Assembly: GCF_000015225.1 (NCBI RefSeq)
Contig: NC_008698.1
Span: forward strand, 1,290,001-1,322,000
Direction of reading: 5' to 3'
Length of the DNA stretch: 32,000 nt
DNA from: Thermofilum pendens Hrk 5
GTDB lineage: Archaea > Thermoproteota > Thermoprotei > Thermofilales > Thermofilaceae
Shown here: piece by piece, positions 13,733 through 23,027 of the stretch
Layout of the letters: each line of letters starts with the position of its first letter
Position numbering within the stretch: position 1 is the first letter of the stretch
The notes under the pieces: generated by a model
Seen by the model: the letters and a program-made list of their open reading frames with translations, nothing else
Told to the model about the DNA's origin: nothing
Databases searched by the model: none
Made by a program: the position numbers and the translations under genes

Positions 13733-16297
13733 CTAGGCGGCGGGCGCGGGAGGCCTTTCCGCTTCGAAGAGGTAGCGCGAGACGGGGTGCAGGTCCCCTA
13801 CTCTCTCGACAAGCCTCTCGGAGACAGAGATACACCCATGCCTAACCCAGTCGAGTAGCCTGAGCGCCCCCTCCACGTCGTAGAACCTGTGCTTCGCCTG
13901 CCTCACGCACTCTTCGCGCAGGAGCTTGTCTTCCTCTAGGGTCTTCTCGCTTATGCGGGAGTACCCGAAGCTCCTCCTGAGCTCGAACGCTACCACGTAG
14001 ACGTAGGGCGAGCTCTTCACGGCCTCCTCGACTTCCCTTCGGCCCGCGCCCAGGAGGTACTCCAACGGGTCGAAGCTGGCCTCGTGGCGGACCAGGATGC
14101 CGTAGCTCCTCGGGATCACCTTGCTCACACTCCCGCTACTCCAGAGCAACGCCGCCAGGGTGTTCGCGATGTAGTCGCCGAAGGGGTAGAGGAGAACAGT
14201 CGTCGTGGCGCGAGGCTCTGGGGATACGCCCAGGAACCTGTCCAGCGCGCCTAGAGCGCTGGCCTTAACTCTGTCAACGACCATCCTGCGGGGGCCGGGC
14301 ATGGGCACGCCGCGCGCCGAGAGCTCCTCTGCGAGCACGGCGAGGCCCCTCCTAGCCTCCTCGTCGAGCCTGAACGCCACTCCGCCGGATCTCCACTCGC
14401 CGAGTGAGGTGCCTCTCCTGTGAAGCCTCGCGGCCTTCGAGAGGAAGCGGTACACCTCTAGCCCCACGCTCTGAGGTGCCAGCACGTAGCCGCCCCTCCA
14501 CACGGGGATGGCGAAGCGGTCAGAGGCCTCGGGCTCTACGATCACAAAGCGCCCCCTCAGCTCCTTCACCCTCCAGCACTTACCCCCCAGCCTGATGACA
14601 ACGCCCCTCTTCATCAGCCTCAGGTTGACTACGTCCACGACGCCCACCCTCTCCCGCCCGTGCCTCACCTCCAGCTCGCTCCTCTCGGGGATCATCGTGA
14701 AGAACGCGCCGATCTTACGCCACGCCTCGGGGAAGCGCCCCCCGAGCCTGAGCACCCTCGCCCTCTCGCCGTAGACGTCCACGACTTCTCTCTCCTCGAC
14801 GAGGCCCCTCTCCTCCAGCACCCTCAACGCCTCTCTAGCGCCGAGGCCCCAGGACGCGGGTACGTGCGAGAGGAGCGAGCCCAGGAGCTCTGCGACAGCC
14901 TGAGCGCCCGCCTTGTCCCCGTGCTGTAGTACCAGGGCTAGGGCCTGGCGCAGGGCTAGGTCCATTGCCGGCGGAGGCCCTCTTCTCGCTCCGAACGAGC
15001 CCCTGCCGAGCATGGACAGTATGGCCGCGGACTCCACGAGGTCGTTCATGTCGAGGCACACGAGAGTCCCCCTAGCGGGCTCGCCGGGCCTGTGCGAAGC
15101 CCTCCCGACGCGTTGCGCAAAGTACGCCGGCAGGGACGGGGACCCGACCTGGAAGACCCTTTCAACGGACCCCACGTCTATCCCTAGCTCGAGGGTCCTA
15201 GTGCACACGACGGCTTTCACCTCGCGGTCCTTGAACTTCCTCTCAGCCTCCCTCCTCTTCGACGCGCCCATCGAGCCGTGGTGCACGAGTATATCGCCCA
15301 GCCCCCTCTTCTCGAGCTCCGCGTGGAGTTCCTCCGCCTCGGACCTCGTGTTGACGAATACGAGGTACCCGCTACCCTTCCCCATTAGCTCTTCGAGCGC
15401 GTCTACGAGCTCCTCAGCGCTCCTACCGCGGCGTAGCACGACCTCCGCGTCAATCCTCCTGAGCCCGGGATCCCGCACGACCCGGACCTTCCCGTCCGAC
15501 CCGCCGAAGAGCCGCGCTATCCTGCGGGGGTCGCCGACTGTCGCGGAGATGAGTATCCTCTGGAGCCTCGGGATCCCGAAGGTCGCCTTCAGCCTCTCGA
15601 GGAGGACGAGGAGGTGCAACCCCCTCTTCGACTCTGCGAGCTCGTGGACCTCGTCCACTATGACCCACCTCAGCTTCGCGAGGTGCTTGCGGAACCTGTG
15701 CTTGGTGTCGAGGATTGCCTCCAGGGACTCCGGGGTGGTAACGAGGACGAGCGGGGGCTTCTCGGCGAGCTTCGTCTTCTCGTTCTTCTTGATGTCGGCA
15801 TGCCACACGCCCACGAGGTAGCCGTCGCCGAGGGCCGAGCGGACGTAGGATCTAAGCCTCCTCGCGACGTCGCTACAGAGCGCCCTCAGGGGGGTGATGT
15901 AAAGCACGTAAACCCCTGGCTCCAGCCTCCCAGCCTCCCTCTCGGCGGCCAGGAAGTGTAGAACGGGCAGGAAGGCGCACTCAGTCTTCCCGGAGCCCGT
16001 CGGCGCCACTAGGAGGACGTTCTCCCCCCTGAGTATCCTGGGTATCCCGAGGACCTGGATCGGCGTCGGCTCCCTAAGCTCGCGCTCTCTCCCACGGATC
16101 GCCTTCCTCACCGCGGGGTGCAGAGCGGAGAAGGGGTACTCGGCCCCCCTCAGGGTAGCCGTGAGCCTCAGCCTAGCGGTGATCGAGAGCTTGCGCAAGC
16201 GTAGCGCCAAGGCGGACAGCCACGGCTCCGAGTAGACGCCGGCGAGCCACGCGAGGAAGGAGGCGTAGGCGCGTAGCTTCGAGACAACCCCGCTCAA
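13733..16297 (-). CDS. Lhr-type superfamily-2 DEAD/DEAH-box helicase
   Basis: 854-aa ORF. Motifs present are PTPIQ (Q motif), VAPTGSGKT (I), DEVHEL (II), SAT (III), HHGSM, TRTLELGIDVG (V) and QRVGRASHR (VI), followed by a long C-terminal extension. The start was read as TTG 16297-16295, overlapping the cas3'' TGA (TTGA). The start codon is uncertain, but no alternative ATG or GTG lies upstream of the Q motif. Confidence 0.8.
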   Translation of the reverse strand: MSGVVSKLRAYASFLAWLAGVYSEPWLSALALRLRKLSITARLRLTATLRGAEYPFSALHPAVRKAIRGRERELREPTPIQVLGIPRILRGENVLLVAPTGSGKTECAFLPVLHFLAAEREAGRLEPGVYVLYITPLRALCSDVARRLRSYVRSALGDGYLVGVWHADIKKNEKTKLAEKPPLVLVTTPESLEAILDTKHRFRKHLAKLRWVIVDEVHELAESKRGLHLLVLLERLKATFGIPRLQRILISATVGDPRRIARLFGGSDGKVRVVRDPGLRRIDAEVVLRRGRSAEELVDALEELMGKGSGYLVFVNTRSEAEELHAELEKRGLGDILVHHGSMGASKRREAERKFKDREVKAVVCTRTLELGIDVGSVERVFQVGSPSLPAYFAQRVGRASHRPGEPARGTLVCLDMNDLVESAAILSMLGRGSFGARRGPPPAMDLALRQALALVLQHGDKAGAQAVAELLGSLLSHVPASWGLGAREALRVLEERGLVEEREVVDVYGERARVLRLGGRFPEAWRKIGAFFTMIPERSELEVRHGRERVGVVDVVNLRLMKRGVVIRLGGKCWRVKELRGRFVIVEPEASDRFAIPVWRGGYVLAPQSVGLEVYRFLSKAARLHRRGTSLGEWRSGGVAFRLDEEARRGLAVLAEELSARGVPMPGPRRMVVDRVKASALGALDRFLGVSPEPRATTTVLLYPFGDYIANTLAALLWSSGSVSKVIPRSYGILVRHEASFDPLEYLLGAGRREVEEAVKSSPYVYVVAFELRRSFGYSRISEKTLEEDKLLREECVRQAKHRFYDVEGALRLLDWVRHGCISVSERLVERVGDLHPVSRYLFEAERPPAPAA

Positions 16298-17127
16298 CCC
16301 ATCACCCCCCGCGCGCGCCTGAGCGGTACGCTCACGGCAGTTAAGCCCGCGAGCAACCCTTGCCCGAGGGCCTCCCCGGCGAGCCGGAGGGGGTCTCGGC
16401 GGCCCGCCTCGCCCAGCGACCAGAGCCAGTAGCGCCCCTCCCTCGCGCTCGCCGCCCTGTTGTCAGCCTCGTAGAGAACCCAGTAGAGGGGTAGCACCCT
16501 CTCCGGCACCGCGACCCGCGCGATTTTCACCTTGACCTCGCGCTTAACCTCGTAGACCTCCTTCTCGCCGACCAGCCGGGGAACCTCGGACCCCAGCCCG
16601 GCGCGCTCCAATAGGCCGGAGAGGGCCTCCAGGGCCGCACGCGCGCTCCTGTGTAGCCTGAAGGGCCCTCCTCTGAGCGTCTCGATCACGTGGCCGGGGA
16701 GAGGCTCCCTGAGGAGCTCCTCCCAGTGCCTAGCCTCGTGGTGAAGGAGCACTGCGCTCGCCACGACGAACCTGTCCTCGCCTACACCCATGCGGGCCAG
16801 CACGTCCTCGGCTACCACCGCGGAGGCGAAGTTGTGGTAGTGGTAGGCCCGCTCCACGTACTCCTCGGTGAGCTTCCCTACGTCGTGTAGCAACGCGGCG
16901 TCTAGCACCGAGCCCCGCAGGCCCAGCCTGCGCAGGAGAGGGTCCAGCTCCTCAGCGAGATCCGCGGCCTCGACCGCGCTGAGCGCGGTGTGGGCGACCC
17001 AGCAGCCCAGCCCCCTACCCTCGCGGAAGTAGGAGGGGAGCGGGGGCCCCCGGCAACCGGGGCACGGCCTAGCGCCCTCCGGTAGGCCGAGCCTCCTGGC
17101 CAGCGCTACGCACTCCGGGACCTCCAC
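16294..17127 (-). CDS. cas3'': Cas3'' HD-domain nuclease (type I-A split Cas3)
   Basis: The C-terminal ~277 aa of ORF 16294-17571. CWVAHTALSAVE (H), AALLHDVGKL (HD) and VLLHHEARH are HD-nuclease motifs. GTG 17127 is the first in-frame start after the region overlapped by cas3'; the upstream part of the ORF is Arg/Gly-rich shadow sequence. Confidence 0.75.
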   Translation of the reverse strand: MEVPECVALARRLGLPEGARPCPGCRGPPLPSYFREGRGLGCWVAHTALSAVEAADLAEELDPLLRRLGLRGSVLDAALLHDVGKLTEEYVERAYHYHNFASAVVAEDVLARMGVGEDRFVVASAVLLHHEARHWEELLREPLPGHVIETLRGGPFRLHRSARAALEALSGLLERAGLGSEVPRLVGEKEVYEVKREVKVKIARVAVPERVLPLYWVLYEADNRAASAREGRYWLWSLGEAGRRDPLRLAGEALGQGLLAGLTAVSVPLRRARGVMG

Positions 17128-18812
17128 GGCCGAACCACCCCGAGCTCGTCCCCGCCCTCGCTCAGGTAGAACGCCGGGTTCAGCAGGAAGAGCTCGCCGG
17201 ACTCGACGGCGCGGGGGAAAGCGCGGGGCTCCATGCGCCTCCCCCTCAGGGCTAGCCCTCCGTCGACCCGCTTGTACTCGAGCGCGACGACGACTTCGCG
17301 GCCGCCGACCTCGTGGACGACGGCCGCCGGGGCCTCTCCGCGCCCCTCCACGGACAGCCTCACGGTGTAGTCCCTGAGCCTTTCCAGGGATACTGCGGTC
17401 TCCCCGCCGCCCAGCAACGCCTCGTACTCGCCAGCGCTCCCCGGCAGGTAGCAGGCGACCTCGTAGCCGAGCCTGAGTAGGGGCCCCGGCTCTCTGTGCG
17501 CTTCCTTGTGGAGGAGGCTTCGCGGGAACCTCAAGGCCCAGCCCTTCACCTCGCTCAGGGCGCGCTCCCACCCCTTCCTAAGCCTCTCGACGACCTCCGC
17601 CGCGTACACCCCGTCTACGAGCTCGCGGGCAACGCTTAGCCTCCTAACGCTCTCCGCCAGCGACTGGGCGTCGACGACCCCCAGCGTTCTCTCGACGAGC
17701 TCCCTCGGGTAGACGTTCCGCGCCGCCTCCTCGTCCAGGAAGACGACGGCGTGGCCGTCGCTCCTCCGCGCGCACCTGCCCAGCCTCTGTATCAGCGAGT
17801 CGACAGGCGAGACCTCGGTCACGAGGAAGCGCACGTCGAGGTCCAGCCCCGCCTCCACGACCTGGGTTGCGACCAGGACTAGGTCCCCGGGGGCGCCGTC
17901 CCCCTCGAACAGCCCCTCAACGCGCGCCCTGACGCCGCCCCTCAGCCTCGAGTGCAGTAGCGCAACGCTCCCCCCGAGGCAGGAGCGGAGCGCCCTGTAG
18001 GCCTCGACGGCCTTCTCGACCTTGTTCACCACGACGAGCGCGGGCCTCGGGGCGCCCTCGAGGAGGCTGCACAGCCCCTCCACGGGCATCCCGCCGCCCC
18101 TGAGCTCGACGTCCAGCCTGCCCCTCGCCGGCTCGTCCGCCGCGTCTACCACTGCCGGCTCCTCCCCGCGGCTCACAAGCCTGTACTCCCTCCGTAGCTC
18201 CTCGAGCAGGACCTCCGGCACCGTGGCCCCCACCACGAGCACCTGGGCCCCCAGGGATACGAGGGACGCGACGTGGGCCGGGAGAAGGCTCGGGGCGTAC
18301 CAGTGGGCGTCCTGGAGCAGGTGGGTCTCGTCGAGGACCACGAGCGAGCCAGAGACTTTCGCCGCGGGCAGGAGGAGGTGGTATCCCGGGGAGACGACGC
18401 CGTAGAACTGGTGGAGGAGCGTGTCGTACGTCGTGACTGCCACGTCCCCCTCGAGGTACGGCCTGGCCTCCCAGAGGCCCCCGTAGCTCAGCGTCGCGGT
18501 GGTCCACTCCGCCCCCGCCGCGGCCAGCGAGCGGGACAGTCTCCTCAGCATCGCCGAGGCGAGGGAGCGGGTGGGTAGCGCGTAGACGAGCGAGACCCAG
18601 CGCCTCGAGCCTTTAGCCGCGTCGCTGATGAACGGCGCGGTGGCCGCTTCCGTCTTGCCGCAACCAGTGGGTGCCCTTACGACGACCAGCCTGTGCCCCT
18701 CGTCTACGGCCCTCCAGACGTCCTCGAAGTACGAGTAGCGCACCGGTCTCCTGTTCCTCGACGAGACGACCCTCTCCACTACCCCCCAGTACTCCTGCAA
18801 GCTCACACCCAC
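17106..18812 (-). CDS. cas3': Cas3' helicase (type I-A split Cas3)
   Basis: 568-aa ORF. VVVRAPTGCGKTE (motif I), LVVLDETHLL (DExH motif II) and helicase C-terminal motifs (VATQVVEAGLDLD, QRLGRCAR). It lies between cas8a and the HD gene. Confidence 0.85.
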   Translation of the reverse strand: MGVSLQEYWGVVERVVSSRNRRPVRYSYFEDVWRAVDEGHRLVVVRAPTGCGKTEAATAPFISDAAKGSRRWVSLVYALPTRSLASAMLRRLSRSLAAAGAEWTTATLSYGGLWEARPYLEGDVAVTTYDTLLHQFYGVVSPGYHLLLPAAKVSGSLVVLDETHLLQDAHWYAPSLLPAHVASLVSLGAQVLVVGATVPEVLLEELRREYRLVSRGEEPAVVDAADEPARGRLDVELRGGGMPVEGLCSLLEGAPRPALVVVNKVEKAVEAYRALRSCLGGSVALLHSRLRGGVRARVEGLFEGDGAPGDLVLVATQVVEAGLDLDVRFLVTEVSPVDSLIQRLGRCARRSDGHAVVFLDEEAARNVYPRELVERTLGVVDAQSLAESVRRLSVARELVDGVYAAEVVERLRKGWERALSEVKGWALRFPRSLLHKEAHREPGPLLRLGYEVACYLPGSAGEYEALLGGGETAVSLERLRDYTVRLSVEGRGEAPAAVVHEVGGREVVVALEYKRVDGGLALRGRRMEPRAFPRAVESGELFLLNPAFYLSEGGDELGVVRPWRSRSA

Positions 18813-19885
18813 GCCCTGACCAGGGACTCCACCACGCCGTGGAAGCCAGCCTTACCCTCGTACGCGCAGTACACGCTCCTCGCGAAGCCGTAGAGCGAGT
18901 CCGGGGACGCTGTCTCGAAGAACTCGAAGAGCCTGGAGAGGGCCTCGAGCGCGTAGCCGGCCCTCGGGCTGTCCGCGCCTGTAGCCCTCGCGAGCTGCTT
19001 CAGCATGTCCCGGAGCTTGGAGTAGCTGGCGTCGTCCACGCGCGCAAGCGAGCTCATAGCCCCCACCACGCTGTCCACCTCCACGTCGTAGAAGCCCCTC
19101 ACCTGGACAGCCCTGCCCGTGTCGAACTTCACCGCGTAAACCCTCCACGTAGCGCCCGCGTGGTCCAAGGCCTCCAGGGCGTTGCGGGTGAGGAGCGCCA
19201 CGGCAAGCTGGGCGAGGAGCCTCTCAGGGACGTTGTCCACGCGGGGTCCCAGGACGCCGAGCACGTCTTTCGCCTCTTCTCCCTGGAGGAAGTCGTAGTA
19301 CCCGCCGAGCGCGTCGTAGCCGGCCTCGCCGCTGAACGCCAGCGTAACCACGAGGACCCTCGCCCCCCTCGCCACGTACACAGAGGAGGCCAGCCCGAGC
19401 GCGGCTAGGGCGGCGCAGTACTTGCACACCCTGTACTCCTTGGCCTCGTACTTCGGCTTCCTCGTGAGGTCTGTGTGGAGGTACTTGCCCGCCGACGGCA
19501 TCAAGGGGAGCTTGAACGTCAAGCCGTCGAACCCCCTCCCCTCGGCGCCCGCGTGCCCCGGCCTCGAGAGCTCGCCCTCCAGGAATGCCCGTAGCCCCTC
19601 GGGGTCGAGGGCGGAGTCGAGCAACCTCACGTCCTTGTCCTGGAAGAGCCTCCCGAGCCTCTGCCTGTCCAGGAAGGCTGCGTGCACCTCCTCGAATGTG
19701 CGCCGGAGCTCGTACGCCAGCGTTCGCGCGTCGACAGAGGTTTCGAGGACGTACTCAAAGCCCGTGCCGCGAACCCTCAGAGCCGCGTCCCTCGCGCCCC
19801 ACGCCGCCCTGGCAAGCGCGTGCATGATCAACGTGTCCGTGTAGGGCGAGTGCCCCGGCGTGTACAGGGTAGGCGTAGCCCTCAC
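18803..19885 (-). CDS. cas8a: Cas8a-family large subunit (Csa4/Cas8a2-like)
   Basis: The C-terminal ~360 aa of ORF 18803-20257. GTG 19885 overlaps the cas5 TGA (GTGA); ATG 19825 is an alternative start. The call rests on size, position between cas5 and cas3', and the Cys pair CKYCAALAALG. It is made by context more than by motif. Confidence 0.5.
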   Translation of the reverse strand: MRATPTLYTPGHSPYTDTLIMHALARAAWGARDAALRVRGTGFEYVLETSVDARTLAYELRRTFEEVHAAFLDRQRLGRLFQDKDVRLLDSALDPEGLRAFLEGELSRPGHAGAEGRGFDGLTFKLPLMPSAGKYLHTDLTRKPKYEAKEYRVCKYCAALAALGLASSVYVARGARVLVVTLAFSGEAGYDALGGYYDFLQGEEAKDVLGVLGPRVDNVPERLLAQLAVALLTRNALEALDHAGATWRVYAVKFDTGRAVQVRGFYDVEVDSVVGAMSSLARVDDASYSKLRDMLKQLARATGADSPRAGYALEALSRLFEFFETASPDSLYGFARSVYCAYEGKAGFHGVVESLVRAWV

Positions 19886-20706
19886 CCCCTCAGCACGATG
19901 TCCCCGAGGCTCGACTCGCAGACCGCGACCTCCCCGGGGTACTCTATCTCCGCGTAGCCGGGCCTGAACACGGGGACCTTCGCGCGTCCAGCGCGCTCGA
20001 AGCCCCTGAACCCCGGGACCGCGAACGTCCTCAGCTCCCTGAGCTCGTCGCTCATCTTCGCGAAGACAGCCCCGCCGCTCCTGACCAGCATCCCGTCGAC
20101 TGCGGGGGCCGGGAACAGGGTCCTGACGACCTTCTTCCTCGCGACCGGGCACCTCTCGACGGACACGTCCACCACCGTGCAGAGGGACTCGGTGTCGCCG
20201 AGTCTGTGCACGCTCCACGCCGCCCTGGGGTCCACGGCGCCCTCCTCCGCGACCCACGCCGCCAGGATTTCGAAGCCGACGACGTACTCCCTGTACAGCG
20301 CGTCCGACAGCTCCACCTCGATTATCCTCTTCGCCTCCGCGTAGTCGCCGGAGCCCACGGCCTCGCGGAGGAGCTCTATGGGCTTCCTCTCGCCCTTCCC
20401 CTTGGCCTCGTGCGCCTTATCGGCCACCCTGAACCTCCTCAGGACGACGGAGGAGAAGACCAGGGGTAGCGAGGCGCCCGGCGGGGCCGCCGCCCTGGCC
20501 GCCATCAGCCTGCCTTTCCTCGCCAGCTCCACTACCTCCTCGTAGGCCCTCGTACCGCGCCCGCTCGCGACGCCGACGCCGTAGGCTAGGGCGCCTAGAA
20601 GCGTGGAGGGCTGGGGGAGCGGGAGCGCCGACATGACCTGGAAGGCCTCCGGGGATTTAACGGAGAAAAAAGGTAGTTTAAGCCTGGCGAGGATCAGCTC
20701 AGCCAC
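19882..20706 (-). CDS. cas5: Cas5a (type I-A)
   Basis: 274-aa ORF. The N-terminus LARLKLPFFSVKSPEAFQVMSALPLPQPSTLLGALAYGVG is the typical Cas5 beta1-helix1 signature. It overlaps cas7 by 13 nt. Confidence 0.75.
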   Translation of the reverse strand: MAELILARLKLPFFSVKSPEAFQVMSALPLPQPSTLLGALAYGVGVASGRGTRAYEEVVELARKGRLMAARAAAPPGASLPLVFSSVVLRRFRVADKAHEAKGKGERKPIELLREAVGSGDYAEAKRIIEVELSDALYREYVVGFEILAAWVAEEGAVDPRAAWSVHRLGDTESLCTVVDVSVERCPVARKKVVRTLFPAPAVDGMLVRSGGAVFAKMSDELRELRTFAVPGFRGFERAGRAKVPVFRPGYAEIEYPGEVAVCESSLGDIVLRG

Positions 20707-21671
20707 TCCTCCGCCACCTTCGCGGCCTCCACGAAGGCTTCGACGGGCGAGCCAACCTCCTTGACCGCGTCCCTCCTTACCTCGGAGAGACCCGAGAACA
20801 CCTCCGCGACCCTCCTGCCGTAAACGAACACCTTGACGTCCTGCGCGGCGCCCGCTGAGAGGAAGCCCCTGAGTAGCCTGTAGCTCTCCTCGGCGTAGTC
20901 GCTGTAGAAGCCGTGCACCAGGCTCGGTATCGGCTGCCTACCGACGGCGCATACGAGCTCCTCTACCTTCACGATGGGCAGCGCCCTCGCGCTGGCAGCC
21001 CCGAACCTCCCGGAGAGCACGTCGGCCATCGCGAGCAACGCGGCCTTGGCTCTGAGCCTGCGCTCGTCCAGCGGCAGGACCTTGTTGGCGTTGTCGGGGT
21101 CTGCTAGGGGCCTGCCGACGTACTTGAGGTCCATGACGGCGGAGAAGCCGTAGAGGCCGCTGGCGTGCTCCCTCTTGAACACCATCATCGCCTGCTGCTC
21201 CCTGGGCACGGAGCCCCTCTCGTCGAGGAAGACCCTGTTGTGGGTCACGGCGGTGGAGCCGGCGTCCAGCTCCTCGACTGGGACCATGAAGGAGAACTTG
21301 ACGAGGCTCTCCCTCCTAACGCCCGCGTCGGGCTGGAGGAAACCGTGCACGTCCTCGATCGCGCAGGCCTTCACGTACTCGAACTCGTCGTTGAAGTTCA
21401 TCGTAGACCTGTACATTATGAACCTCTTGCAGTTATCGCAGAGGCGCGCCTTCCCCCCTCCAACCTCCTTGAGTATCTCGACCATCCTGACGGCGTGCCA
21501 GTGCTTAACCATGTTCCCGGATATCACGGGCTCCTCGACGACCTCGTAGCCACTGCCCCTTCTCTTGACGACGAAAACCCTGCTGAGCCCCGTGTAGTTC
21601 CCGACGGCGCCCTCGGCGTTCGCGCTGTGCACGTTCACTATAGCCCTACCAGTCACCCTGACGTACACCAT
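20694..21671 (-). CDS. cas7: Cas7 (Csa2, type I-A backbone subunit)
   Basis: 325-aa ORF. VRVTGRAIVNVHSANAEGAVGNYTGLSRV and PVISGNMVKHWH are hallmark Csa2/Cas7 N-terminal motifs. Confidence 0.85.
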   Translation of the reverse strand: MVYVRVTGRAIVNVHSANAEGAVGNYTGLSRVFVVKRRGSGYEVVEEPVISGNMVKHWHAVRMVEILKEVGGGKARLCDNCKRFIMYRSTMNFNDEFEYVKACAIEDVHGFLQPDAGVRRESLVKFSFMVPVEELDAGSTAVTHNRVFLDERGSVPREQQAMMVFKREHASGLYGFSAVMDLKYVGRPLADPDNANKVLPLDERRLRAKAALLAMADVLSGRFGAASARALPIVKVEELVCAVGRQPIPSLVHGFYSDYAEESYRLLRGFLSAGAAQDVKVFVYGRRVAEVFSGLSEVRRDAVKEVGSPVEAFVEAAKVAEEWLS

Positions 21672-21677
21672 GTCCCG

Positions 21678-22103
21678 TCACCCCCTCCTCTCGGCCTCCA
21701 CTATCCCGCCGTAGCTGAGGGCGAGGGACGCCAGCACCGACCCGACGAACCTAGGGTTCTCCGCGGCGAGCCTAACCACCCTCTCGACGGCCTCCGAGCC
21801 GACGTTGAAAACCCTCCCGACGTCCTCAGCCTTAGCATCGAAGGCGAGCCTGTACTCCCCCCTCCTAACGCCCTCCTCGAGCCTCGAGAGAACCCTGTCC
21901 TTCACCCTCACGCACTCGTAGAGGACGGAGGCGAACTCCTCGACGCTCCTACACCTCGCGAGCCTGTCGAAGAGCGAGAGGTTCTGCTCCACAACCTTGT
22001 AGGCGGCGAGGTAGCGGACGAACTGGTCCAGGAAGGCCCTGTCCTCGCTTCCAGGCGAGAGCACCCTCTCAACCAGACCCTTAACCGAGGTTTGCTGCGC
22101 CAT
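21678..22103 (-). CDS. csa5: Csa5-like small subunit (type I-A)
   Basis: The internal ATG 22103 of ORF 21678-22256 gives a 141-aa, mostly helical protein directly upstream of cas7, which is the canonical csa5 position. The upstream part of the ORF runs through an AT-rich promoter region. The call is made by size and synteny. Confidence 0.55.
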   Translation of the reverse strand: MAQQTSVKGLVERVLSPGSEDRAFLDQFVRYLAAYKVVEQNLSLFDRLARCRSVEEFASVLYECVRVKDRVLSRLEEGVRRGEYRLAFDAKAEDVGRVFNVGSEAVERVVRLAAENPRFVGSVLASLALSYGGIVEAERRG

Positions 22104-22126
22104 ACAAGATAGTCGCGAAGTTGGGG

Positions 22127-22134
22127 TTAATATG
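22127..22134 (-). promoter_or_regulatory. TATA-like box (CATATTAA on minus strand) of the type I-A interference operon
   Basis: Lies 24-31 nt upstream of the csa5 ATG (22103), inside the 109-nt csa3-csa5 spacer. Confidence 0.35.
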
Positions 22135-22188
22135 TCTTTTGCACGGGTGTAGCTTCTTTTGTCACGGTGTTGCAGTTTTATGCACAAG
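22135..22188 (-). promoter_or_regulatory. Phased direct repeats abutting the csa5 TATA box (putative Csa3 or other regulator sites)
   Basis: Plus-strand tcttttgcacgggtgtagc (22135-22153) and tcttttgtcacggtgttgc (22155-22173) are 19-nt near-identical units with a 20-nt period. A degenerate third unit ttttatgcac follows at 22176-22185. Confidence 0.4.
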
Positions 22189-22212
22189 ACCCCGAACGCG
22201 TTGCTACGTTTA

Positions 22213-22923
22213 TCACAGGAGGAGCCTTCCGAGGTCCGTCGCGACGTAGCCGCCATCGACTTGCCTCACGAGCCCCGCTTCCTCCATCCTCTTCAGGTAC
22301 CTGAACACGGTGCTCCTATCCTTGCCCAGCAACCCGCCGAGGTCGCTTGCGCCTAAGGGGCCGCTCTTCTCCAGGGCTGAGAGCACCTCGAGCCAGGCCT
22401 CGGGGACGCCTACCCCCAGCACCCTCGAGAGGCGCGGCAACCGCAAGGCCCTCCCCTGCCCCTCCAGGTACACCTCGACCTCGGGGTCAACCCTCCACCT
22501 GGTGAGCAAGTAGGCCGTCAGAACCGCGATGCCCAGCGCCCTCATGCCGCCCGTAATCGAGATCCTCACCCTTTTGTCCTCGAGCCCCCTGAACAAGGAC
22601 TTCACGTTGATAACTGCTGCAACGAAGTCGTCGAGCGGGACCTCCCTCTTCTCCACGGAGAAGCCCGGCCTCCTCGCCAAGCCCATCATGCCGACTACGC
22701 GCTGGAACTCCAGCCACGCGCGCTCAGCCCTCTCGTCCGGGAAGCCAGCGGTCAGCACCACCACCCTAGCGCCCTCCGCCAGCCCCTCCGACGCCGCCGA
22801 GGCAACAGCGCTTATCAGGGGCCCCGGCTCGAAGCCCAGCGTCAACACCAGTGCATCGATCACGCGTATAGCCCCGCCCCGCCCCCTAAATAACCTCGCG
22901 GTCGGCGCCCCTAGTGTCATCAC
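22213..22923 (-). CDS. csa3: Csa3-type CARF + winged-HTH transcriptional regulator
   Basis: 236-aa ORF. ALVLTLGFEPGPLISAV and ISITGGMRALG are Csa3 CARF motifs. The C-terminal LGASDLGGLLGKDRSTVFRYLKRMEEAGLV is a wHTH. It lies immediately upstream of the I-A operon. Confidence 0.8.
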   Translation of the reverse strand: MMTLGAPTARLFRGRGGAIRVIDALVLTLGFEPGPLISAVASAASEGLAEGARVVVLTAGFPDERAERAWLEFQRVVGMMGLARRPGFSVEKREVPLDDFVAAVINVKSLFRGLEDKRVRISITGGMRALGIAVLTAYLLTRWRVDPEVEVYLEGQGRALRLPRLSRVLGVGVPEAWLEVLSALEKSGPLGASDLGGLLGKDRSTVFRYLKRMEEAGLVRQVDGGYVATDLGRLLL

Positions 22924-23027
22924 GGCTCAGCGCACTCGGCACTCCCCATGCAACCGGAAAGAGGAAGCACGGCCACATATAGTTTCCGCGGGCGAAAAGC
23001 TAATCCGGGCGGGAGGCGTGAAGAGAG

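Noticed and set aside
14913-15821. 302-aa plus-strand ORF inside the Lhr helicase gene. Similar cases are 18671-19408, 29720-30625, 10370-11161 and 11166-11963.
   Set aside because: All have Ser/Pro/Arg/Ala-rich low-complexity translations opposite ORFs with strong family motifs. They are considered non-coding.
21165-22112. 315-aa plus-strand ORF antisense to cas7 and csa5
   Set aside because: Low-complexity Pro/Leu/His/Glu-rich translation, opposite two well-supported cas genes. It is a GC-driven shadow ORF.
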